Origin: Pedosphaera sp.
GTDB taxonomy: Bacteria; Verrucomicrobiota; Verrucomicrobiia; Limisphaerales; SIBH01
Length of the DNA: 64,000 bases
Assembly: GCA_031414955.1 (NCBI GenBank)
Contig: JANOQV010000159.1
Span: 24,112-88,111 of the forward strand
Direction: 5' to 3'
Shown: in pieces, positions 45,562 to 53,898 of the stretch
Numbering within the stretch: position 1 is the first letter of the stretch
How the letters are laid out: the number at the start of each line of letters is the position of its first letter
Notes under the pieces: model-generated
What the model was told of the DNA's origin: nothing
Database searches by the model: none
The model's input: only the letters and a program-made list of their open reading frames with translations
Program-made: the position numbers and the translations under genes

Positions 45562-46656
45562 ATGACCCATTACGAGCAACACTTGCAACGCGACCTCGAC
45601 TTAATCCGCGGGAAGATTCAGGCGATGGCGGAACTTGCTGATCGCGCTTTGCGCGACAGCCTCAAGGCACTGCTCGACAAAAATCTCACCCTCGCCTACT
45701 CGGTCATCCTGCGAGACCAGTATATCGACGAACTGGAGAAGGAAATCGATCGACTGTGTCTGGAGTTCCTGGTCCGTCAGCAACCGGTGGCCGGCCATCT
45801 GCGTTTTGCTTATGCCACCATCAAGATCAATCTGGAGTTGGAGCGTATTGGGGACTACGCGGAAAGCATCGCCCGACAGGTGCTCAAAGTCAGTGCTTTG
45901 CACGACAAACTTCCTTTAAGGGACTTCGCCGCGCTGGCCGAAGTCTCCATTCCGATGCTCCAAAATTCGGTCAAGGCTTTCCTCGAACAGAACGTGGAAC
46001 TCGCGCGGGCCAGCATGGTCGAGGAAGACCGGGCCGACTTGCTCCGCAACAAGATTGACTCCGAACTGCTCCAGTTGCATCAAGCCGGCGCCATACCGCT
46101 TACGGCGCTGACGCCCCTCCAGACCATCGCCCGCCGTTTTGAACGTGTGGCTGATCAGGCCAAAAACATTTGTGAGGAAACCCTCTACATGTGTACGGGC
46201 GAATACATGAAGCACCGCGCTTCAGAAGTGCTCCGGGTGCTCTTCGTGGATGAAAACAATTCCTGCCGCAGCCAGATAGCCGAAGGCATCGCGAACAGTC
46301 TGAACCAGCCGGGATTCCTCTTCAGCAGCGCCGGGCTTGAAGCACGCGCCGTGGACTGGCGCACCGTGGAATTCATGCAGGAGAAGGGTCTCGACATCGC
46401 GCGCCAGACATCCAAGCCCGTCGGCCATATTCTAAATCTGGAGCACTATCACGTCATCATCGCGCTGGCCAAACCGGCGCAGAAAATTTTCCCGCCGCCG
46501 CCGACCAAGACGGTGGGATTGGATTGGACCGTCGAAGACCCCTCGGTGCGCCCCGGCTCCCTGGCCGATGTGCGTGACGCTTACGAGGAGACGTTCCAAT
46601 ACATCAACACACATGTGCGCGAACTTGTTCAAGCACTGGTCGGAGACAACGAATAA
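45562..46656 (+). CDS. phoU: PhoU fused to an ArsC/LMW-PTP-like domain
   Basis: PhoU repeats (ELERIGDYAESIA, FERVADQAKNICE) then RVLFVDENNSCRSQIAEG, SAG, DWTVEDP. Confidence 0.9.
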   Translation: MTHYEQHLQRDLDLIRGKIQAMAELADRALRDSLKALLDKNLTLAYSVILRDQYIDELEKEIDRLCLEFLVRQQPVAGHLRFAYATIKINLELERIGDYAESIARQVLKVSALHDKLPLRDFAALAEVSIPMLQNSVKAFLEQNVELARASMVEEDRADLLRNKIDSELLQLHQAGAIPLTALTPLQTIARRFERVADQAKNICEETLYMCTGEYMKHRASEVLRVLFVDENNSCRSQIAEGIANSLNQPGFLFSSAGLEARAVDWRTVEFMQEKGLDIARQTSKPVGHILNLEHYHVIIALAKPAQKIFPPPPTKTVGLDWTVEDPSVRPGSLADVRDAYEETFQYINTHVRELVQALVGDNE

Positions 46657-46663
46657 GAACACC

Positions 46664-47572
46664 ATGAAAAATAAATTCATCACCTCCACCCTTGCACTCG
46701 CGGCCGCGGCGGCCCTCGTGGGTTGTGGCAAGTCCGAGAGCGGGGCCGGCGGGGCAGGTTCAAGCGGCAAAAAAACGACCGTGGCCAACATCGGCTCCGA
46801 CACGATGGTCAATCTCGCGGCGGCCTGGGCGGAAGCCTATGCGGCGGTGGACAAGACCATCGTCATCGAAGTCAATGGCGGCGGTTCCGGCGTCGGCATC
46901 AAGGGCCTACTCAACGGCACCGCTGAACTGGCCAACTCCAGCCGCCACATCGAGGACAAGGAGAAGGCGGAGCTGAAGGAGAAACGCCAGGTGGACTCGA
47001 AGGAATTCGTCGTCGGCTTCGACGCACTCTCCATCTACGTCCACAAGGACAACCCGATCAACGAGATCACCATGGAACAACTCGGCGAGATTTATCGCGC
47101 CGATGGCAAGATCACCAAGTGGAGCGACGTGGGCGTGACCAGCATCCCCGGCGCGAAGGGCGACGAGATGATCCGCGTCAGCCGCCAGAACAACTCCGGC
47201 ACTTACGAGTATTTCAAGGAAGCCGTGGTCGGCAAAAAGAACGAGTTCAAGCTCGGCTCACTCGACATGAACGGATCGAAGGACGTCGTGGAACTCATCG
47301 GCAAGACGCCCAACGCCATCGGCTATTCCGGCATGGGCTACGCCAACGCCTCCGTGAAAATGCTCAAGGTCGCGAAGAAGAAAGGTGAGCCCTACGTCGG
47401 TCCCAGCATCGCGGCCACGCACGACAAGACCTATCCCATCGCGCGCCCCATGTTCTTCTACACCGCCGGCGAACCGGCGCCGCATGTGAAGAAATACATC
47501 GACTGGGTGCTGACCGACGCGGGCCAGAAAATCGTGGAAACGACCGGCTACGTCCCACTGCCCAAGAAGTAA
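46664..47572 (+). CDS. pstS: Phosphate ABC transporter substrate-binding lipoprotein
   Basis: Lipobox LVGC, GSDTM, GGGSGVGI, SRQNNSGTYEYF, YPIARP. Confidence 0.94.
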   Translation: MKNKFITSTLALAAAAALVGCGKSESGAGGAGSSGKKTTVANIGSDTMVNLAAAWAEAYAAVDKTIVIEVNGGGSGVGIKGLLNGTAELANSSRHIEDKEKAELKEKRQVDSKEFVVGFDALSIYVHKDNPINEITMEQLGEIYRADGKITKWSDVGVTSIPGAKGDEMIRVSRQNNSGTYEYFKEAVVGKKNEFKLGSLDMNGSKDVVELIGKTPNAIGYSGMGYANASVKMLKVAKKKGEPYVGPSIAATHDKTYPIARPMFFYTAGEPAPHVKKYIDWVLTDAGQKIVETTGYVPLPKK

Positions 47573-47650
47573 TTGACCTGATCTGCCGCGGGCTGCGGCG
47601 CTGTTGAAGAACCGCCGCAGCCTTTCTCGCATCGCGAAACGATTGTTACA

Positions 47651-48583
47651 ATGTCCACGCTGACCACATCCAGTCCGGCTCCCGCCGTGAAGCGCGCCCA
47701 GCGCAGCCCGCTCGCGCTGCTCGTGGAGCGCGGCATCGAACTGCTCGTGTACCTCTGCGGCATCAGCGCCATCGTCTTCGTCTTCGGCATCTTCTTTTTC
47801 GTCTTCAAGGAAGGTGCGCCGTTCCTCACCAAGCTGGACTTCGGGCAGTTCCTGACCAGCACGCAGTGGATTCCCACTTCTTCCGTGCAACCCAAGTACG
47901 GCACGGGCGCACTGATCGTCGGCACGTTGAGCGTCACGATTCTGGCCATGCTCATCGCGGTGCCGTTCGGTCTCGGCGCGGCGGTGTTCGTGTCTGAATT
48001 CTGCACCGGCAAGGTGAAGGAGACGTTGAAGATCGTCATCGAACTGCTGGCCGCGATTCCCAGCGTGGTCTGGGGCTTCATCGGGTTGAGCGTGATGAGC
48101 CCGGTCATCATCGGCGTCTTCCACGTTCCGGTCGGCGTGAACCTGTTCAACGCCGCCCTCCTGCTCGCGCTGATGAGCGTGCCCATCATGGTCAGCATCG
48201 GCGAGGACGCGCTCAAGGCGGTGCCGGACAGTTTTCGCGAAGCCGCCGTCGCCCTCGGGGCCACGCGCTGGCAGATGGTTTATCGCGTGCTGATTCCCGC
48301 CGCGAAGAACGGGCTGCTCGCGGCCGTGCTGCTCGGCGTGGGCCGCGCCATTGGTGAAACGATGGCCGTGCTCATGGCCACCGGCCACGCGGTGAACATT
48401 CCGCATTCCATTTTTGATCCCGTCCGCACGCTCACCGCCACCATCGCGGCGGAACTCGGGGAAACCTCGCAAGGTTCGCCGCACTACCAGGTGCTGTTCC
48501 TGATCGGCGTGCTGCTCTTCTCCATCACCTTCGTGGTGAATCTGACGGCGGATTTGATCGTGAAGGGCATCAAGAAGAAATGA
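47651..48583 (+). CDS. pstC: Phosphate ABC transporter permease
   Basis: ELLAAIPSVVWG, EAAVALGATRWQ, GRAIGETMAV. Confidence 0.94.
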   Translation: MSTLTTSSPAPAVKRAQRSPLALLVERGIELLVYLCGISAIVFVFGIFFFVFKEGAPFLTKLDFGQFLTSTQWIPTSSVQPKYGTGALIVGTLSVTILAMLIAVPFGLGAAVFVSEFCTGKVKETLKIVIELLAAIPSVVWGFIGLSVMSPVIIGVFHVPVGVNLFNAALLLALMSVPIMVSIGEDALKAVPDSFREAAVALGATRWQMVYRVLIPAAKNGLLAAVLLGVGRAIGETMAVLMATGHAVNIPHSIFDPVRTLTATIAAELGETSQGSPHYQVLFLIGVLLFSITFVVNLTADLIVKGIKKK

Positions 48584-48749
48584 AAGCTCCAAGCTCCAAG
48601 TTCCAAGCTCCAGACAAGATTCAAGGCCCAAGCTCCAATCGCCGGCCCGCGGATCGCCGGGCGTTTGCTGAGCGGCTGGCTGCGACTTGGTGTTTGATGT
48701 TTGGTGCTTGGTGCTTATCTGGATCTTGGATCTTGGAGCTTGGAGCTTT
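48584..48749. repeat. Heptamer-built inverted-repeat hairpin element
   Basis: (CCAAGCT)n...(TTGGAGC)n filling the pstC-pstA gap. Confidence 0.9.
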
Positions 48750-48757
48750 GTCTTAAA

Positions 48758-49654
48758 ATGTTCACTGAAACCGCATTCATCCGCAAAAAGCGCCGCAACG
48801 AACTGGTGGCGAAATGCTTCTTCGGCTTCATGGCCGCGGCCATGGTCATCCCGCTCTTCCTCATCGTCGGCTACATCGTCGTGCAGGGCTGGCCCTCCAT
48901 GTCCTGGGAGTTCCTCACCGAGAATCCGCGCAGCGGCGGGGCCAAGGGCGGCATCTGGGCCGCCATCGTCGGCACGTTCTACATCGTGTTCTTCTCGCTG
49001 ATCATCTCCGCGCCGATTGGCGTGCTCGCCGCCGTGTATCTGAATGAGTACGCCAAGGAGAACTGGTTCACCCGCATCGTGAACCTCGCGGTCATGAATC
49101 TTGCGGGCGTTCCGTCCATCGTCCACGGCTTGTTCGGCGTCGGCGCATTCGTCTATTTCGCCAACTTCAACAACGGGAAGAAATCCATCATCGCCGCCGC
49201 ACTCACGCTGGCGGTGATGACGCTGCCTGTCATCATCGCCTCAACGAAGGAGGCGCTCGCCGCCGTGCCGCGACAATTCCGCGAAGCCTGCTGGAACGTC
49301 GGGGCCACGCGCTGGCAGACCATCTGGCGCATCGTGCTGCCGAATTCCATCAGCGGCATTCTCACCGGCGTCATCCTGCAAGTCAGCCGTACCGCCGGCG
49401 AGACTGCGCCCGTGATGCTCACCGGCGTCGCGACCTACAAGATGCTCGATAGCACCGGGTTGTTTCTCTATCACCCGATCAAGGATCAGTGCATGGCGCT
49501 CTCGATGCACCTCTACTACATCGCCACGCAGGCCAACAATGTCCCGAAGGCCACGCCCTTCGCCATCGCCACCGTGCTCATCGGCGTGGTGCTGATCGTG
49601 AATGCGGCGGCGATTGCCTTCCGCGTCTATCTGCGCTCCCGCAAGAAGTGGTAA
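48758..49654 (+). CDS. pstA: Phosphate ABC transporter permease
   Basis: YLNEYA, NLAGVPSIVHGLFG, RTAGETAP. Confidence 0.94.
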   Translation: MFTETAFIRKKRRNELVAKCFFGFMAAAMVIPLFLIVGYIVVQGWPSMSWEFLTENPRSGGAKGGIWAAIVGTFYIVFFSLIISAPIGVLAAVYLNEYAKENWFTRIVNLAVMNLAGVPSIVHGLFGVGAFVYFANFNNGKKSIIAAALTLAVMTLPVIIASTKEALAAVPRQFREACWNVGATRWQTIWRIVLPNSISGILTGVILQVSRTAGETAPVMLTGVATYKMLDSTGLFLYHPIKDQCMALSMHLYYIATQANNVPKATPFAIATVLIGVVLIVNAAAIAFRVYLRSRKKW

Positions 49655-49657
49655 TGA

Positions 49658-49796
49658 AAAAGCACCAAGCACCAAGCACCAAGCTCCAGAGAAGTTCCAA
49701 ATCCCAAGCTCCAATTGGGAGTGCGGTGGCGAGTTGCGCCTTGGTGTTTGGTGCTTGGTGTTTCTCTGGTGCTTGGAGCTTGGTGTTTGGAGCTTT
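49658..49796. repeat. Heptamer-built inverted-repeat hairpin element
   Basis: (CCAAGCA/T)n...(TTGGTGC/TTGGAGC)n filling the pstA-pstB gap. Confidence 0.9.
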
Positions 49797-49805
49797 ATTT
49801 CCCCA

Positions 49806-50567
49806 ATGACTCTCGCCAAAAAAATCGAAGTCACCGATCTTCGCACGTTTTACAGCGGCAAGGAGGTCCACCACGGCATCTCGTTCCACGTCGAGCCGAA
49901 CGAAATCTTCGCCATCATCGGGCCGGCCCAGTCCGGCAAGACCACGCTGCTGCGCGCCATCAATCGCACGCTGGAATTCACGGCCGGCAGCAAGATGACC
50001 GGCACCATCAAGGTCGATGGCGAGGACGTAAAGAAGACCCGCGACGTCTATGGCCTGCGCCGCAAGATTGGCATGGTCGCGCCGCTGCCCGTGGGTTTGC
50101 CGCTGACGATTTACGACAACGTGGCGTTCGCGCCGCGTTCGTCCGGTGTGAAGGACAAGGGCTTCCTCGATGCCCATGTCGAGAAGTGTCTGCGCCAGTC
50201 CGCGCTCTGGGACGAGGTGAAGGACCGTCTCGATTCGCTCGGCACGAAACTGAGCGGCGGCCAGCAGCAGCGTCTCACCATCGCCCGCGCGCTGTCGCAT
50301 CAGCCGGAGATTCTCTGCCTCGACGAGTTCTCCATCGCCATCGATCCCGTGACCACGATGCGCATCGAAGACGTGCTCAAGGAATTGAAGAAGGAGATGA
50401 CCATCATTCTCGTGACCAATCTCGTGCAGCAGGCGCGACGACTCGCCGCGCGCACGATGTTCCTGTGGAACGGCGACATCATCGAACTCGACACGAACGA
50501 GGTGATGTTCAGCGGCAAGCCCAAAGACCAGCGGACGTATGATTACGTGAACGGAATTTTCGGATGA
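49806..50567 (+). CDS. pstB: Phosphate ABC transporter ATPase, copy 1 (intact signature, altered Q/D/H loops)
   Basis: GPAQSGKTT, LWDEVKDRL, LSGGQQQRL, DEFSIAID, VTNLVQQA, YVNGIFG. Confidence 0.88.
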   Translation: MTLAKKIEVTDLRTFYSGKEVHHGISFHVEPNEIFAIIGPAQSGKTTLLRAINRTLEFTAGSKMTGTIKVDGEDVKKTRDVYGLRRKIGMVAPLPVGLPLTIYDNVAFAPRSSGVKDKGFLDAHVEKCLRQSALWDEVKDRLDSLGTKLSGGQQQRLTIARALSHQPEILCLDEFSIAIDPVTTMRIEDVLKELKKEMTIILVTNLVQQARRLAARTMFLWNGDIIELDTNEVMFSGKPKDQRTYDYVNGIFG

Positions 50568-50577
50568 GAATGAAAAC

Positions 50578-50715
50578 AAGCTCCAAGCTCCAAGCCCCAA
50601 GCTCCAGAAAAACACCAAGCCTCAAGCTCCAATGGAGTTTTGACGCGTCGGAATGTTCGTTGGTGTTTGGATCTTGGAGCTTATCTGGATCTTGGATCTT
50701 GGATCTTGGATCTTT
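50578..50715. repeat. Heptamer-built inverted-repeat hairpin element
   Basis: (CCAAGCT)n...(TTGGATC)n between the two pstB genes. Confidence 0.9.
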
Positions 50716-50721
50716 CCCCGC

Positions 50722-51516
50722 ATGACTCCCTCCACCTCGAACCACCCCAGGCCGCAATACGCCATCTCCACCGGCGATCTCTGCCTCTGGTACGCCAAGT
50801 TCCAGGCGCTCATGAACGTGACCGTGGACATCAAGCGCGGCATCATCACCTCGCTCATCGGCCCGAGTGGTTGCGGCAAGACCACGCTGCTGCGCTGCTT
50901 CAACCGGGTGAATGAACGCTACGGCTACGTGACCACCAAGGGCTTGATCGAATTGCACGGCAAGAACATCTACGACCCGGACGTGTCGCTCATCGAACTG
51001 CGCAAGAGCGTGGGCATGGTTTTTCAGCGGCCCAACCCGCTGCCCATCACGGTCTATGAAAACGTGGTCTTCGGCATCCGCATTCACAATCCCTCCAGCG
51101 CCCTGAGCAAATCCATGCTCGATGACGCGGTGGAGAAGGCGCTGACCGAAGTGGGCCTGTGGAAAGACTTGAAGGACCGGCTGCACGACAAGGCCATCGG
51201 CCTGCAGCTTGAACAGCAGCAGAAGCTCTGCATCGCCCGCCTGCTGCCCCTGAAGCCGGAAATCATCCTCATGGACGAGCCGTGCAGCGCGCTCGACGTC
51301 GGCGGCACGCGCGCCATCGAGGAGTTGATGTTTGAGCTGAAAGGCCGTTACACCATCGTCATTGTCACGCACAACATGGCCCAGGCGCGGCGCGCGAGTG
51401 ACGAGTGCATCTTCATGCTCATGGGCGAGTTGATCGAGCACCTGCCGACTGCGGAGTTATTTATCAGTCCCAAAAATCCTCGGACCGCGGAGTACATTGA
51501 AGGCCGATACGGTTGA
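50722..51516 (+). CDS. pstB: Phosphate ABC transporter ATPase, copy 2 (degenerate signature)
   Basis: GPSGCGKTT, MVFQRPNP, LQLEQQQKL in place of LSGGQQQRL, DEPCSALD, VTHNMAQA, YIEGRYG. Confidence 0.9.
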   Translation: MTPSTSNHPRPQYAISTGDLCLWYAKFQALMNVTVDIKRGIITSLIGPSGCGKTTLLRCFNRVNERYGYVTTKGLIELHGKNIYDPDVSLIELRKSVGMVFQRPNPLPITVYENVVFGIRIHNPSSALSKSMLDDAVEKALTEVGLWKDLKDRLHDKAIGLQLEQQQKLCIARLLPLKPEIILMDEPCSALDVGGTRAIEELMFELKGRYTIVIVTHNMAQARRASDECIFMLMGELIEHLPTAELFISPKNPRTAEYIEGRYG

Positions 51517-51563
51517 GGCGCCGGGCTTCGGCCGGGCTTCCTCAGCTCTAACCAACAAACGCC

Positions 51564-52250
51564 ATGAAACAAAAAATCCTGATCGTCGATGATGAGCCGG
51601 ACGCGCTGGAGTTGATTTCCTACAACTTGAAGGCCGCCGGCTTCGATGTGATCACCGCCGATGACGGCGAGGAGGCCATCAAGAAAGCCCGCGCCGCGCA
51701 ACCCGCCCTGATCCTGCTGGACGTGATGCTGCCGGAAGTGGACGGACTCGAAGTCTGCAAAACCCTGCGCCGTGATGCGGCCACCAAGTCGGTGCCCATC
51801 ATCATGCTCACGGCCAAGGCGGCGGAGATCGACCGCGTGCTGGGGCTGGAACTGGGCGCGGACGACTACGTGACCAAACCCTTCAGCCCACGCGAACTGG
51901 TCCTGCGCGTGAAAGCATTGTTACGCCGGCGACTGCCGGCGGAACCGGAACCGGCCGGCCTGGATTTCGGCGACCTGAAGATCGACATCCCGCGTCATGA
52001 AGTGATGGTGAGCGGCGTGGCGGTGGAACTGACGGCCACCGAGTTCAAACTCCTGACCGTACTGGCCGAGCGCCGCGGCCGGGTGCAATCGCGCGAGGCC
52101 TTGCTGCGCGACGTGTGGGATTACGACAACTTCATCGACACCCGCACGGTGGACACGCACATGCGCCGCCTGCGCGACAAGCTGGGCGCGGCCGCTTCCC
52201 ATCTCGACACGGTGCGCGGGGTGGGCTACCGCTTCGTCGATAAAACGTGA
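51564..52250 (+). CDS. phoB: OmpR/PhoB-family response regulator
   Basis: REC (LLDVMLP, GADDYVTKPF) plus winged helix (RTVDTHMRRLR, TVRGVGY); follows the pst genes. Confidence 0.88.
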   Translation: MKQKILIVDDEPDALELISYNLKAAGFDVITADDGEEAIKKARAAQPALILLDVMLPEVDGLEVCKTLRRDAATKSVPIIMLTAKAAEIDRVLGLELGADDYVTKPFSPRELVLRVKALLRRRLPAEPEPAGLDFGDLKIDIPRHEVMVSGVAVELTATEFKLLTVLAERRGRVQSREALLRDVWDYDNFIDTRTVDTHMRRLRDKLGAAASHLDTVRGVGYRFVDKT

Positions 52251-52380
52251 ACGTACGGCCGGCTTGGAACCGGCCGGGAAATGACCAAGTGCTTTTGGCA
52301 AGCTGCGAACAATGCGGGCGCCGCACCTGCCGGTTACCAACCGGCGGCCCGCTGGTTTCGCGCCCAGGGTTGCCTTTCCC

Positions 52381-53583
52381 ATGAGCCTTATTTTTGCTGC
52401 CGCCGATGTCGTGTGGCCAGCCGTCGTGGTCTTGCTGGTCGGCGTGCTCACCGTGCTGGCTGTCCTTTTTCACCGTCAGATCCAGAAATCAGAGGAATCA
52501 CTGGGCCAGCTTCGCGGGGAACACGACACCACCCGGCAACGCCTGGCGGAGTTGGAGGATCAGTCCCGGGCCGAGCGGCAGACGCTCTTCAACAGCATGG
52601 CCGAAGGAGTGGTGCTCCTCGACCGGGCCGGGCGCATCCAACTGGTCAACCAATCCCTGGAGAAGCAGTTCAGCCTGAGCACCGATGTGCGCGGACGCAC
52701 GTTGCTCGAAGCGTTTCGCCGTCCGGAGCTGGCCGATTTGCACGCGCGGCTGGAGACGGAGCGCAAGGTTCTGAGCTGCGAGATCGAACTGGGCGGCGCG
52801 GAGGCGCGGTGCTTCGAGGTGAGCGCGGCGATGGTCTACGATCGCGAAGGCGGCGCGCAGGGTTCCATTCTTGTCTTCCATGATTTGACGCGCCTCCGGC
52901 AGTTGGAAAACACGCGCCGGGAGTTCGTGGCCAACGTCAGCCATGAGTTGCGCACGCCGCTCTCGCTCATCAAGGGCTACGTGGAGACGTTGCTGGACGG
53001 AGCCATCAGCGATCCGGAATTGTCCGCCAAGTTTCTCCAGACCATCGATCGCCATTCCAACCGGCTGACCAATTTAATCGAAGACCTCCTGACCATCTCG
53101 CGCCTCGAATCCGGCCAGATCACCTTGCAGTTGCGCACCGTGCCGCTGCGGTCCTTTGCCACCGGTCTGATTAGTGAACTGCAAGCCCGGGCCCGGGAAC
53201 GGGGCACAACTATCGTGAATGAGATTCCCGAAGGGCTGGCCGGCCGCGCCGATCCGGACCGCTTGGAACAGGTCTTCGTGAATTTGCTGGAGAACGCGGT
53301 GAAGTACGGCCGGGCCAAAGGCCAGGTCGTGATTAGGGGGCGCTCCGTCAATGGCCACATCGAATTATGCGTCGCGGACGACGGCCCCGGCATTCCGGCC
53401 GAGGCCCGCGAGCGCGTCTTCGAGCGCTTTTACCGGGTGGACAAGGCCCGGTCGCGTGACGCCGGCGGCACGGGACTCGGCCTCGCCATCGTGAAGCACA
53501 TCGTGCAGTCCCACGGCGGCAAGGTCTGGGTCGAGAGCGAGCCAGGCCAGGGGGCGCGGTTCTATTTCACGCTGCCGGTTTAG
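52381..53583 (+). CDS. phoR: Phosphate regulon sensor histidine kinase
   Basis: TM, PAS, REFVANVSHELRTPL, NLLENAVKY, FYRVDKARSR, GTGLGLAIVKH. Confidence 0.9.
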   Translation: MSLIFAAADVVWPAVVVLLVGVLTVLAVLFHRQIQKSEESLGQLRGEHDTTRQRLAELEDQSRAERQTLFNSMAEGVVLLDRAGRIQLVNQSLEKQFSLSTDVRGRTLLEAFRRPELADLHARLETERKVLSCEIELGGAEARCFEVSAAMVYDREGGAQGSILVFHDLTRLRQLENTRREFVANVSHELRTPLSLIKGYVETLLDGAISDPELSAKFLQTIDRHSNRLTNLIEDLLTISRLESGQITLQLRTVPLRSFATGLISELQARARERGTTIVNEIPEGLAGRADPDRLEQVFVNLLENAVKYGRAKGQVVIRGRSVNGHIELCVADDGPGIPAEARERVFERFYRVDKARSRDAGGTGLGLAIVKHIVQSHGGKVWVESEPGQGARFYFTLPV

Positions 53584-53898
53584 CGGCGGCGGCGTGTCCG
53601 CAGCCAATGAGGCTCGCACCCGGCGAGCGCGGCGGGCTTGAATGTCCCGAACGGAGCGCGCAGTCTCCGCCGCATGGGTTTGAAAAAACCGGTGCGGAGA
53701 AAATCCCTGGCGAGGCAGGCCAGTCCCGCATCCCTAGACCAATCCAGGGCGGCCGCCGACCACGCGCGCCTTGGCCCCAAGCCTCAAGCCGTTCCCTCTC
53801 GTCGGCTTCAGCGCGCCGCTGCGGGACACCGAGCGGGTGTTCTTGCCCAGGCCTCATCTGGCACCGAAGGGCGAGAACTTCGCGACGGGGTGAGCGTG

